A DNA stretch of 62,262 bases, counting the filler. It is 9 parts of 9 records of this genome, joined end to end, with 100 filler letters (N's around TTAATTAATTAA, not from the genome) between each part and the next. Parts side by side here need not be neighbours in the genome. Positions count along the whole stretch, not along the records: positions 17,295 to 24,414 come from SRR31147125_20407; positions 24,515 to 31,010 come from SRR31147125_20409; positions 31,111 to 37,862 come from SRR31147125_20416; 6 more parts are not named here. The stretch is one strand, 5' to 3'. This document shows, piece after piece, positions 22,146 to 33,060 of the stretch. The notes below the pieces were generated by a model. It was not told the origin of the DNA. It worked only from the letters and a program-made list of their open reading frames with translations, and ran no database searches. The translations under genes and the position numbers were made by a program. Position 1 is the first letter of the stretch, and the number at the start of each line of letters is the position of its first letter.

Positions 22146-23186
22146 TTACGCGAGTAGCAATCTGTCTTTACCTTCAAACATAACTTCGCCAACGATGGCA
22201 GGTTTTCCAATGCACTTATCTTCAATTGCGATCATAAAATCATCAATAACAACTTTTGGAACGCTAATCAACAAACCGCCTGAAGTTTGTGGATCTGCCG
22301 CGAGCCACTTTTGCTCATTTGTCAAAGATGGCAGGAAAGCAGTGTGAGGTTTCACAAAGTTCAAATTGCGAATCGCTCCGCCAGGCACAGCACCTTTTGC
22401 AAGTAATTCCAGGCACTTGGGAAGGGCAGGAAGATTTTTCGATTCGATTCTTATGCTAACGCCGCTTTCCTTGGCGAGTTTGTATGAATGACCAAGCAAT
22501 CCAAAACCCGTGATATCCGTTGCGGATTTTATTGGAAAATCGACCATTATTTCAGCTATCGATTTATTCAAAGTTGTCATTGATTCGATCGCTGGCTTTG
22601 CATCTTCCTGTGAAATCATATCAACTTTTGACGCGCCTGTTAAGATCGCAGTTCCAAGTGGTTTTGTAAGCACCAAAACATCGCCGGGCTTTGCATCGGA
22701 GTTTGATAACAAGTTGTTTTTATTGACAATTCCAGTGACCGAGAGTCCGAATTTAAGTGGGCTGTCATCCAAAGTATGGCCGCCCAAAAGCAATGCTCCT
22801 GACTCATTTATCTTGGAAGATCCGCCCTTTAGCATTTCGACCAAAACTTCATTCGGCATATCGCCCGTCGGAAACATAACCATGCTTAGAGCAGAAATCG
22901 GCTTTCCGCCCATCGCATAAACATCGGACAAAGCATTTGCAGCAGCGACTTGACCAAATTCAAATGGATCATCGACCATCGGTGGAAAGAAATCGAGCGT
23001 CTGAATCAGATAATCGCCATCAGGCATTTTCATAACGCCCGCATCATCGTGAGTTTCAGCCCCTATTATCAAATCCGGGTGCGAGGGCAGGGGAACTTGT
23101 TTCAGAATATTTTCAAGAACTTCCGGCCCTAGCTTTGCGCTGCAACCGCCTTTTTCAACTGTTGTCGATAATCGAATTCGAGTCAT
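22146..23186 (-). CDS. selD: selenide, water dikinase (Cys form)
   Basis: GGCSAK (TGC codon), DDAGV, QTLDFFPPMVDDP, ANALSDVYAMGG, TDITGFGLLGH, DPQTSGGLL. Confidence 0.95.
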   Translation of the reverse strand: MTRIRLSTTVEKGGCSAKLGPEVLENILKQVPLPSHPDLIIGAETHDDAGVMKMPDGDYLIQTLDFFPPMVDDPFEFGQVAAANALSDVYAMGGKPISALSMVMFPTGDMPNEVLVEMLKGGSSKINESGALLLGGHTLDDSPLKFGLSVTGIVNKNNLLSNSDAKPGDVLVLTKPLGTAILTGASKVDMISQEDAKPAIESMTTLNKSIAEIMVDFPIKSATDITGFGLLGHSYKLAKESGVSIRIESKNLPALPKCLELLAKGAVPGGAIRNLNFVKPHTAFLPSLTNEQKWLAADPQTSGGLLISVPKVVIDDFMIAIEDKCIGKPAIVGEVMFEGKDRLLLA

Positions 23187-23723
23187 TTTTATCCTGCTTG
23201 CAAATATTTAAAATCAACTTGTGCATGTTCTCACCAAAGTTGAATGAGGTCAAACGAATTTTAAAGCCAGTTATTTTTCGATCAAATTTAGTGCTTTTTG
23301 CAGAAACACGCGCCTTTCCGGCTGTTTTCGCTTGGTATCTTGTGAAATGTAGCAAGTCAGATGTGTTGCTTCAACTCTTTTTAAGCTCGTAACATGTTGT
23401 AATTACAAGAGTATTCATCTTTTAAGACGTTGGAAAAAGCTCGAAAACTATGACAAGTTATTGACCAATAAAAGTATAGACAAACCAGTAAAAGACCACT
23501 GAATGATAAAGAAGTACTAAAGAAGTACTAAAGAAAGTACCAGGAAATGCATAACTATTGCTGTGGATTTCAGGCTGGAAAAGTGTAAAGAAATTGTACA
23601 CTGGAGCAAGATTTTTGAGCTAAAAACTTATGATTTCGAGCTATCTTTTTTAGTGAAAATTTGTAAGTTTTAATGCTTGAGAGCGATTATGATTTTACGT
23701 TTGAATCGGAAATAAGGATTATG

Positions 23724-23972
23724 CTATTTGGCGTCTTCAACCTGGCTTTTATATGTTCTTATCATATAGGACATCAAGAGAGGAATTGCGATGATTGCTA
23801 AACCGATATAAATCGTAACCATGCCAACAACGAGATATTTTTGAGTATTGCATGAGAAATACTCCCACAAAATTCTGCCACCGAAAGTAAAACCAAAAAG
23901 CACAATAGCTCCGGCTAGATAATGCACGATAAAGCGTCTAAAAAATAATATCGGGATTGCAATGAAGAACAA
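23724..23972 (-). CDS. hypothetical membrane protein (possibly the 3' part of a longer frameshifted gene)
   Basis: Hydrophobic 82-aa ORF with no clear RBS or start. Confidence 0.35.
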   Translation of the reverse strand: MFFIAIPILFFRRFIVHYLAGAIVLFGFTFGGRILWEYFSCNTQKYLVVGMVTIYIGLAIIAIPLLMSYMIRTYKSQVEDAK

Positions 23973-24388
23973 TACATCAGTAATTAATGAGAGGGAGATC
24001 AGCGAGCCTAATTCCTTACTTCCTTCAAAAGATTTCGTATAGGTCGTTACAAAAAAAATGAATGTTTGGCAATAAAACCAGAAAGATACCTAAAACTATA
24101 GCAAGTTTACTTTCTGAAAGCTTTTTCCACATGGAAATCCTGTTTGGGGGTTTCGTATAAATCTGTTTAAAATCAAATAGTTATAAATCAATTATAGTAA
24201 TTTTGTTCCGCTACTGTCAATCACATAAAAAGAATAATTCAGGTGATAGATTTTGGAATGCTATGTTGTGACCACGTATATCTTTCAGGGCCGCTATTTT
24301 CAATGCATTTCAAGGGATGTGATTTTTGTTTTCGGACTTGTGGCTTATTTTATTGAAGCATGTTCTCTTTTTCAAATTTCCAATTACT

Positions 24389-24414
24389 CGTCATCCTGAG
24401 CTTGTCGAAGGATC
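24389..24414. repeat. REP-like repeat arm at contig end
   Basis: CGTCATCCTGAGCTTGTCGAAGGATC matches the widespread CTGAGC(T/C)TGTCGAAG intergenic palindrome family; lies exactly at an assembly break. Confidence 0.55.
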
Positions 24415-24514
24415 NNNNNNNNNNNNNNNNNNNNNNNNNNNNNNNNNNNNNNNNNNNNTTAATTAATTAANNNNNNNNNNNNNNNNNNNNNNNNNNNNNN
24501 NNNNNNNNNNNNNN
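24415..24514. other. artificial contig spacer
   Basis: N-run with TTAATTAATTAA. Confidence 0.98.
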
Positions 24515-26515
24515 AAAAAAGAAATTAAAGATTTATGGTGTCAATATTATATTGGTTATTTCCCAAAAATAATTCCGGATTTATTATCTGCAAAAATTGT
24601 TAGTAAAGAGAAAAAGGGAGATGGCTCGATAATTAAAAGAATTAACCTGACTTTTGATACTCCTAAAAAGAAATCGTTTGAAATAGAAGTTTGGTTGCCT
24701 GTAAGGAAATTGGCATCGACTCCTTTATTGCTTGTCGCTCCTTATCCAAAACAACTAGCTTGGGCCGAAGAAGCACTGCATCGGGGATATGTAGTTTGTT
24801 TATTCCCCGGCATTGATGTGTACCGTGAAAATGAAGACTATCCTAACTATCAAAATGTTTGGAAAGATTTCAGAGAAGAATATCCTGAAGCCGGTTGGAG
24901 TTCATCGTTGGCGATTCAAGCATGGTTAGCTAGTCGCTCGCTCGATTATCTGCTCAATTCAAAATATGGTTATACTATTGACACAACAGCTGTTGGTATT
25001 ATTGGTCATTCCAGATATGGGAAACAGGCTATATATGCCGGGGCATTCGACCAGCGTATTAAATGTGTAATTGCCCGAAGCTCGGGAAGCCCTACTGCAT
25101 GTCCGTATCGTTTTTCATCACGGCAAACTTTCATGGAATCAGTTGTCGATTTTCCAGATGATTGGGCTTTACCCTCATTAAAGAATTATTTTGGTAGAGA
25201 AAATGAATTGCCGGTTGAAGGAAATGATTTGATTGCTGCAATTGCTCCCCGCCATGTAATGATACATACTGCTTATAACGATGGTGGAGACCCAACCTTT
25301 GGGGTAGAACGAGCTTATCTGAATACCAAAAAAGCCTATGTTTTTTTTAACAAACCGGAAAATATCCGTTTAGTCTATCGAAAAGGGAATCATAATCCTA
25401 TTACTAATGAACATGTGAAGAGCAACCTCGACTTTTTCGATTGGGCATTTGGCAGGGGAAGTATTGATGAAACAGAATTTGATGAAAAGTTATTGCACCA
25501 ATTTAATTGGGATGAATGGAAAAAGGCGCAAACAAAGGCAGATTTAAAAGTTAAAAAGAGGGCTACTGTTTCTGAAAAAATAGAGTGGATGCTCGGACAA
25601 AAACCGGAACGAATTGAGAATGAAAACCAATATCATATTTTAACTGATGATGAGTTAGGTGTTGCCAAATGGTCGCGAGATCGTTGGAATCCCGGTGAAT
25701 TAAAACGTGTTCCTTTTTCTTTTAGTGGAAACATGACAGGAAATATTTATTTCGATCCCAGTTTGAATACCTATAAAGCAACAGTTATTTGGTTACATCC
25801 CTGGAATTATTCGCATGGTAGCAATGAAGGTTACGGGGTACAAGGCACCTCAATTTATTGGAGGTTGGCGCAACAAGGATATGTCGTTGTTGCATACGAT
25901 CAGTTTGGTTTTGGAGACCATTTGCTTGATGCAATCGATTTTTATAAGAAATATCCTCATTGGTCGAAACTTGGGCGCGCAGTGTACGATGTGCAGAAAG
26001 TAGTTGATTTTCTGATAGATGGGAAAGGAATTTCAAGTGAAAGAATTCCTGAGATCGATCCTTCAAAAATTTACACTTGTGGTTTTTCTTATGGAGGATT
26101 AGTTGCTTTGTATGCAACTGCCCTGGATCGTCGAATTGCCGGAGTGGCTTCATTTAGTGGTTTTACACCCATGCGAACAGATACAAATGATAAACCCACC
26201 GGTGGAATTCAACAATATTACGAATGGCATGCTATTTTGCCAAAATTGGGGCTTTTTAACAAAAAAGAAAGTAAAATCCCTTATGATTACGATGATATTT
26301 TAAAGTTGATAGCTCCCCGAAATTGTCTGGTATATGCGCCCTTAAACGATCGTTTTGCCGATTCAGAAGATATTAAAGAATGTGTAAGGAATGCTGAAAA
26401 AGCGTGGAGCAACTCATCTGCTTTTGTATTTAAAAGACCCGACGATATCTGTCGGTTTCAAAAAGACCAACAAGATGTTGTTGTTGAATGGTTCAATAAA
26501 ATAATGAAAGAATAA
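24515..26515 (+). CDS. tandem alpha/beta-hydrolase (CE15-like domain + second esterase domain), 5' truncated
   Basis: Frame open from contig start; nucleophile motifs GHSRYGK and GFSYGG; IAPR occurs in both halves. Confidence 0.75.
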   Translation, partial: KKEIKDLWCQYYIGYFPKIIPDLLSAKIVSKEKKGDGSIIKRINLTFDTPKKKSFEIEVWLPVRKLASTPLLLVAPYPKQLAWAEEALHRGYVVCLFPGIDVYRENEDYPNYQNVWKDFREEYPEAGWSSSLAIQAWLASRSLDYLLNSKYGYTIDTTAVGIIGHSRYGKQAIYAGAFDQRIKCVIARSSGSPTACPYRFSSRQTFMESVVDFPDDWALPSLKNYFGRENELPVEGNDLIAAIAPRHVMIHTAYNDGGDPTFGVERAYLNTKKAYVFFNKPENIRLVYRKGNHNPITNEHVKSNLDFFDWAFGRGSIDETEFDEKLLHQFNWDEWKKAQTKADLKVKKRATVSEKIEWMLGQKPERIENENQYHILTDDELGVAKWSRDRWNPGELKRVPFSFSGNMTGNIYFDPSLNTYKATVIWLHPWNYSHGSNEGYGVQGTSIYWRLAQQGYVVVAYDQFGFGDHLLDAIDFYKKYPHWSKLGRAVYDVQKVVDFLIDGKGISSERIPEIDPSKIYTCGFSYGGLVALYATALDRRIAGVASFSGFTPMRTDTNDKPTGGIQQYYEWHAILPKLGLFNKKESKIPYDYDDILKLIAPRNCLVYAPLNDRFADSEDIKECVRNAEKAWSNSSAFVFKRPDDICRFQKDQQDVVVEWFNKIMKE

Positions 26516-26694
26516 AATAAACTCAAAGAATCAGTTATCAGCTTATTTAATAAAAAATAATCGAATGAAATTGTTTGTTTAATTTTAAACTTGTTATATT
26601 TTTCTATTGTCAACTTATGTTTAAATGGTTGATTAATAAAGCTATTATTCAAAAAGCAAGTATAATTCGATTAACCATCAAAAACTAAATATTT

Positions 26695-29556
26695 ATGAAA
26701 AGAAGGACTTTTTTGTTTCAAGGTGCTGTGGTTTCTGTGGGATGTGCAACTCTAAGTACAGTTCCTGTTTTCGGGATAAATGCAAATAATTTAAATACAG
26801 GCCGATTAGATGCTGATTTGTACAAAAGATTCAAAAGCCCGGATTCTATTTATCGCCCGTTTGTGCGATGGTGGTGGAACGGCAATAAAATCGAAAAAGA
26901 CGAACTCATCCGCGAGCTTCATCTTTTAAAAGAAGCTGGAATAGGAGGAGTGGAGATTAATCCCATCGAGTTTCCTTCCAGCGGCGATGATTTGGGCAAA
27001 AAATCATTAATCTGGCTTAGCGATGAATGGCTTGATATGTTGCAGATTACCTTCTCAGAAGCTAAAAAACTAGATATAACTTGTGATTTAATCGTAGGTT
27101 CGGGCTGGCCTTTTGGGGCAGAAACCCTGCCACGCGATGAACGCGCTCAAGTTGCCATTATATATGCCGAAACTTTGGAAGGCCCTACAATATTTGAAAC
27201 CTCACAGTTTAATATCTTCGATCATGTTGATCCGGGAGTTACAGTATCCTGCCCTTCGCGGACATTTGAGATACTTTCGTTAAAATTGGTTCCGGAGCCC
27301 ATGTCCGGTCTGGAACAAGTGATTGATCTTTCAGACAAAAAAGATGATGAAATTATCTCTGTTAATATTCCAGAAGGCAAACATGTATTTTATGCACTGG
27401 TAAAAATCGATTCGTTTGCCAGCGTTATTAATGGAGCTCCGGGAGCCGCTGGACCAATCCTGGACCACATGAACAAGGCTGCCGTTCGGAAATACCTTAA
27501 CCACATGTCCGATACCATTCAAAAACGTACCGGGCCACTGTCGAACCATCTTCGTGCATTTTTCACCGACTCAATGGAACTGGAAGGATGCAACTGGTCG
27601 AATGATTTGGCAGAAGAATTTAAAAAACGCCGGGGCTACGATATAATGCCTTACCTCCCGTTTACCATGTTTAAAGTGGGGCGGTTGGGTGCAACTGTAA
27701 ATGCAAACTACGGGGTAGAAAAAACTACTGAGTTTAAAGAAATAATTACGCGGGTACGTTTTGATTTTGAACTCACCAAAGCCGAATTATTGAACGAACG
27801 CTTTACTCAAACTTATCTGGAATGGTGTAGGAGTCAGAATGTGAAATCACGCGCACAGGCCTACGGACGTGGATTCTTTCCGGTGGAAACAAGCCTGGGA
27901 TATGATATTCCTGAGGGCGAGTCGTGGACAACCAACTGGTTGAAACACAGAATTGGCGAAGAGATGTCGGACGATGATTACCGCCGTGGACGTGGCTATA
28001 CAATGATCAACAAATACGTGTCTTCGGCAGCACATTTAACCGGCAATAGAATGGTGAGTTGCGAAGAAATGACCAATACATACAACGTATTTAACATTAC
28101 CCTCGAACAACTTAAAATTGGCTCCGACATGAGCATTATGTCGGGAATTACACATTCCATCTGGCATGGATTTAACTACTCGCCACCCAATGCCCCATTC
28201 CCCGGATGGGTTCAATACGGTTCTTACTACAACGAATACAACAATTGGTGGCCCTATTTTAAATACCTGAATGAATACAAGGCCAGGCTTTCTTCGGTGT
28301 TGCAAAATGTTGACATGTACACCGATATAGCCATTTTGCCCGCCAATTACGACATGTGGGGAGAAATGGGGGTACAAACCGACCCGTTTCCTGAAAAACT
28401 GAATGTTCCTTATACTTCAATCATTTGGGAGTCAATTAACAAAACAGGAGGAGCTGCCGATTATGTTACTGAAATAATTATAAAAGATGCAGAAGTTAAA
28501 AAAGGAAAACTTTGTTACGGATCTAAAGAATACGATACGCTTTTCCTGCCCGAAGTTAGTAGTATGTACCCTTCAACGGTAAAAAAAATACTTGACTTTG
28601 TTTCAACAGGAGGACGTATTTTCTGCATTGAAAAGTATCCTGAAAAATCGCCGGGACTCAACAATTGGGAACAAAACGATAAGGAAGTTCGTGAATTGGT
28701 TGAGAAACTAAAAGCCTATCCCGATCGTTTCATTCTTATTAAAAAACCGAAAGACAACCGTTTTCTGGAATGGTACGAAAAGCTTATACCTGAATACGAT
28801 TTATCTCATTATCTGAGCATCGAAAAACCAAACCGCTTTTTTATGCAAACCCGCTTTCGGGACGACGATAAAAATGAATATTTCTTTTTCCAAAATGTTC
28901 ATAAACACGATGCTTACAGCACAATAGTTACTTTCCCTAAAGAAATTACAAAAGGGCGACATCCATGGATCTGGAATCCTGAAAATGGAGAATGTTATCG
29001 CATTGAGTTGAATAACAATCGTTTTGAGATCGATCTTGGTCCGGCTGAAAGCTGGCTTATTGTATTCAACAAAGAGAAAAACGGACAAGTCTGGAATCCT
29101 CTTCCAGAAACAGGAGAACATGTAACTAAATTGAATAACAGTTGGACAGTGGAACTTCTGCACAGCCGGGAAGACTGGAAAAAATCGTTCACAATGAGCG
29201 AACTAACGGACTTAAAAGAAACCGAATATGTAAATTTCACGGGAACAGCAGTTTATCGTAAAAAAATAAACAAGGGCAAACAAAACTTTATCAACCTGGG
29301 AAAAGTTTGTGGAGTAGCCGAATTGTTTGTAAACGGGCAGTCGTGCGGCGTAAAATGGTACGGAAACCGTATTTACAATTTAACGAATCTTTTAAAAGAA
29401 GGGCTGAACGAAATTGAAGTACGCATTACTACATCAATGGGAAACTATATGAAAACTCTTACCGATAACGAAACTGCCCAAAAGTTTACAGTGAAAAAGA
29501 ATAAAAACCAACCCATTCAGTCGATGGGATTAATTGGTCCTGTAACTCTTTATTAA
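26695..29556 (+). CDS. glycoside hydrolase family 106 (alpha-L-rhamnosidase-like) with Tat signal
   Basis: MKRRTFL twin-arginine signal; RPFVRWWWNG, GIGGVEI, GSGWPFG, FFTDSMELEG; C-terminal MGLIGPV. Confidence 0.8.
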   Translation: MKRRTFLFQGAVVSVGCATLSTVPVFGINANNLNTGRLDADLYKRFKSPDSIYRPFVRWWWNGNKIEKDELIRELHLLKEAGIGGVEINPIEFPSSGDDLGKKSLIWLSDEWLDMLQITFSEAKKLDITCDLIVGSGWPFGAETLPRDERAQVAIIYAETLEGPTIFETSQFNIFDHVDPGVTVSCPSRTFEILSLKLVPEPMSGLEQVIDLSDKKDDEIISVNIPEGKHVFYALVKIDSFASVINGAPGAAGPILDHMNKAAVRKYLNHMSDTIQKRTGPLSNHLRAFFTDSMELEGCNWSNDLAEEFKKRRGYDIMPYLPFTMFKVGRLGATVNANYGVEKTTEFKEIITRVRFDFELTKAELLNERFTQTYLEWCRSQNVKSRAQAYGRGFFPVETSLGYDIPEGESWTTNWLKHRIGEEMSDDDYRRGRGYTMINKYVSSAAHLTGNRMVSCEEMTNTYNVFNITLEQLKIGSDMSIMSGITHSIWHGFNYSPPNAPFPGWVQYGSYYNEYNNWWPYFKYLNEYKARLSSVLQNVDMYTDIAILPANYDMWGEMGVQTDPFPEKLNVPYTSIIWESINKTGGAADYVTEIIIKDAEVKKGKLCYGSKEYDTLFLPEVSSMYPSTVKKILDFVSTGGRIFCIEKYPEKSPGLNNWEQNDKEVRELVEKLKAYPDRFILIKKPKDNRFLEWYEKLIPEYDLSHYLSIEKPNRFFMQTRFRDDDKNEYFFFQNVHKHDAYSTIVTFPKEITKGRHPWIWNPENGECYRIELNNNRFEIDLGPAESWLIVFNKEKNGQVWNPLPETGEHVTKLNNSWTVELLHSREDWKKSFTMSELTDLKETEYVNFTGTAVYRKKINKGKQNFINLGKVCGVAELFVNGQSCGVKWYGNRIYNLTNLLKEGLNEIEVRITTSMGNYMKTLTDNETAQKFTVKKNKNQPIQSMGLIGPVTLY

Positions 29557-29560
29557 TAAC

Positions 29561-31010
29561 ATGAATAAAATTCAAACTAAAATGAATAAACTAAAAACGA
29601 TTATTTTGTTGTTCGCTTTGTTTGTTTTCCTGAAGGGATCTGCTAAAGACTACAACGCATCCATCTTCGGAATCAAATCAAACGGAACCACGTTAAACAC
29701 AACAGCCATTCAAAAAGCTATCGATTTGATACACGAAGAAGGTGGCGGTCATCTTAATTTTTATGTAGGCAGATACCTCACCGGAACCATCGAATTAAAA
29801 TCGGATGTGCATATTATTTTACACGAAGGTGCAATCCTTGTTGGTTCTACTAATATTTATGATTATAACTACGATAGTCAACGTCGTGCTATTGTTTTTG
29901 CAGAGCAAGCCGAAAATATCTCGATAACCGGACTTGGCGTAATCGACGGCCAAGGTCGTGAACTTGCGAATAATGTTCAAGATCAGGTGCATCGGGGAAT
30001 TTTGAAAGATGAATTGAAACTTGACAGAGTAGGACGATTTCGTCCGAAAGAAATTTGTTTCCGCGAATGTAAAAATGTTCTGGTTGAAGGCATAATTCTT
30101 AAAAATTCTGCCGATTGGGTTCAAATTTATGACCAGTGCGAAAACTTAAAAATCAATAAAATTATTGTAGACAGCAAAGCATTCTGGAATAACGACGGAA
30201 TAGATATTGTTGATTGTAAAAATGTTGAACTAACCAATTCATTTTTCGATGCGGCTGATGATGCTATTTGTTTTAAATCGCACGATAAAGATAAAATGTG
30301 CGAGAATGTGTTGGTGCATAATTGTGTAGCCCGCTCAAGTGCCTCCGGTATTAAATTTGGTACCGTAACACGAGGCGGTTACAAAAATTTCAAAATTATC
30401 AATAATAAGGTTTACGATACCTTCCGCACTGCTATTGCTATTGAAACTCCCGACGGTGGTTCTATTAGTGATATCTTTGTAGACAGCCTTTACGCCTACA
30501 ATACCGGTAATGCCATATTTTTAAGGGTGGGAACACGACGTGAGATTGAAGGAAAAACAGCCTCAATAAGAAATATTACTATTCAGAATATGTATGCTGA
30601 AATACCTGCCGGGAAACCCGATGCAGGTTATGAATATGAAGGACCGGTTGAGGATAATCCCCGCAATATTTCTCCTGCAATTATTGCAGGACTACCGGGA
30701 ATGTATATTTCTAATGTAACCTTAAAAAACATTGAAATTGTATACCCGGGAGGAAGTAATCCGAAATATGCATACCGCGGAATAAAACCAGCAGACCTTG
30801 ATGGTATTCCAGAAATGCCTGAAAAATATCCTGAATTTTCGCAGTGGAAAGAATTACCTGCCTGGGGATTTTATATCCGCCATGCAAAAGATCTAAAATT
30901 TGAAAATGTAACTCTTACTGCCAAAGAAAAAGAATACCGCCCGGCTATTGTAATGGATGATGTAAAAGGGGCTGTACTAACAGGAATGGAATACAATCGT
31001 CCTGGTGGAG
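29561..31010 (+). CDS. glycoside hydrolase family 28, 3' truncated
   Basis: NTTAIQKAID, G.GVIDGQG, NNDGIDI, ADDAICFKS, IKFGT. Confidence 0.85.
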
Positions 31011-31110
31011 NNNNNNNNNNNNNNNNNNNNNNNNNNNNNNNNNNNNNNNNNNNNTTAATTAATTAANNNNNNNNNNNNNNNNNNNNNNNNNNNNNNNNNN
31101 NNNNNNNNNN
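31011..31110. other. artificial contig spacer
   Basis: N-run with TTAATTAATTAA. Confidence 0.98.
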
Positions 31111-31509
31111 CTCCCGCCGCCTCCACCATAACTTGTTGATAAAACAGCGGTTTGTATGTTTTAAAGGGCCAAAATGGTGTGATAAATGTGTGAAAAAACA
31201 CATTTGCCATTTTAGGTTCTTTTTCTTTTTTAGAGGGGGGGGATTGTGGCCACTGATTTTGACTACTGGCGGGTTGCAACGGTGTCTCGTTCCTGGTTTG
31301 GGAGATAATGCATTTTGAAGGCATCCGAAGTGTGGCCGGTTCCGTTGTGCTGGATTATTTCGGGTGAAAACACTTGCCCCAGGCCCGGGTGGTCATTCCG
31401 TTCACATTGATGTCACGGACAGATACACTGATCCAAATCCGGTGAAGCCGCTTTATGATCAAGTGGTATCCCAGACCCATTTCCATAAGATCCCAGGCAC
31501 CTTAAAGAT

Positions 31510-31547
31510 TGTAAACATGTTGTTCGAGTGTAAACATGTTGTTCGAG
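31510..31547. repeat. perfect 19-bp tandem duplication
   Basis: TGTAAACATGTTGTTCGAG twice in tandem. Confidence 0.9.
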
Positions 31548-31576
31548 GTTGAACAGAGAGGCAGCAAGCACTGTTG

Positions 31577-32106
31577 TCAGCGGTCAAGGTACCGGGCTAT
31601 CTTTTCCCTGGCAAGGCTGGTGTTCAAGTCGTCAAGGTCTATACACAAAGAATCCCCCAGATTATATTTTCCTGAGATCTCATTGAACAGTCGTTTTTTG
31701 ACTGTGGCGACAAGTATACTGATGTCGGAAGAAATAGCCGACCGCAATACCTTGTGAAGCCCTCTTCCCTTTAGTTCCAGCCCACCCAACTCATCCAGTA
31801 AGAGTATATCTGTACCATTGCGGATAATCTGCTGTGCAAAATCGCTATCCAGAAACCTTTGGGTGTTTTGATTGAAACAATACCCTTTATTGTTTTCGAT
31901 TGGTGTTGCCCAGGGAAGGGGGTTTTGCTTCCTATTCGAAAAAGCAGATATTCAGAAGCAAACTTGCCAGAACAATGTTTTCTTTCCGGTGCCTTTGCCA
32001 GAAATCCGTCAATTCTTCCCAGAGAAGCAAACCATTCGGCTACAAAGGAAAGAAACGTGGTTTTTCCGCTGGTCACTTCTCCTGTAACCAAAATTTTTTT
32101 TTGCAT
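31577..32106 (-). pseudogene. P-loop NTPase (NTPase_1/DUF2478-like), multiply frameshifted
   Basis: ILVTGEVTSGKTT Walker A and IDGFL; the Walker B region (..LDE.GGLELKG.G) and LVATVKK lie in other frames. Confidence 0.6.
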
Positions 32107-32551
32107 ATAAGCTCTCGATTATCTTCGAGGTTTTTCAAGGTGTTGTAGGAACCAGTAACTCCGGGCAGCAAGGCTCTTTATCTCTTGCTCACCACTCGGA
32201 TTCTCGGCTTCGATAGGGCAGGGTCTATCTTGCATCAATCCCCCTGCGCAGAATGTTACATCCTGTCAGCGTGATTGCCCCTTCGACTCCATGCCGATCA
32301 ACGGACAATCTCAAGGGTCTTTCACAGAACCCTTTTTTTTAAAGAGCAAAGAGATTTGCCAAATGAACGCCATTGGGGAACGCATTGGATTTTTTAAACA
32401 ATACCCCATATTGCTGTTGGTATTCATAGTTTTTTTAAACAACGGCCATCACCCATGAGTGGTATAGTTATCAGGGCCAAGGGTGGTATATGAAATTATT
32501 TAATTTATAATCACATAACAAGGGGCATCATGATGAAAAACAGAACGGGGC

Positions 32552-32755
32552 TTAAAGATCAACCCATGCTTCGGCCTCGTTACCGCAGTTGGTGCATGTG
32601 CCTGTACCCTTAATCTTTTGTGGGGCTTTTGACGCTTTCTTCTTTTTTTCGGCATCTTCTACTTCAACCCACTGGCAGGTAATTTCCATTTCCGCCTCAT
32701 TTCCACAGTTTTTACAAGTGCAAACTTGTTTATATTTTTTTTCAGTCATCTGCAT
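32552..32755 (-). CDS. small zinc-ribbon-like protein with two CxxCGNEAE repeats
   Basis: CKNCGNEAE and CTNCGNEAE; GGAGG RBS. Confidence 0.75.
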   Translation of the reverse strand: MQMTEKKYKQVCTCKNCGNEAEMEITCQWVEVEDAEKKKKASKAPQKIKGTGTCTNCGNEAEAWVDL

Positions 32756-33060
32756 CCTCCTTTGAAAAGTGATTGTTTATCTTCATCTTTCATATTAATA
32801 CCGAAACCCCGAATAGACCAGTATAAATGTCTTTTGTTTTTAAAAAAGCTGGCCGCCCAAGACGCCCTTCAACATCCGAAGTACTATCTAAATCACCAAA
32901 TATGTAGCCGCTGTAATGGGATGCGAGATTCAGGCGTGAGGCAAAAGTCGTAATCTGGGAAAGGCAGATGGGAAACGATAAGATGAAAATCAGACCGGCG
33001 ATTTTTTTATGGTGTTGGCTGGTTCAGGTTCTGAGTTTATATACAATTCAATTTGATTGT

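Noticed and set aside
22146-23186. Selenocysteine in SelD
   Set aside because: The active-site codon is TGC (Cys), not TGA.
23508-23541. Short AAAGAAGTACT tandem repeats upstream of selD
   Set aside because: Only 2-3 copies of an 11-mer with no spacers; not CRISPR-like and no supportable function.
32119-32292. Minus-strand 57-codon frame with an in-frame TGA (MESKGQSR*QDVTFC...) as a possible selenoprotein
   Set aside because: No convincing RBS, no recognisable selenoprotein motif and no evident SECIS hairpin; likely chance or decayed DNA.
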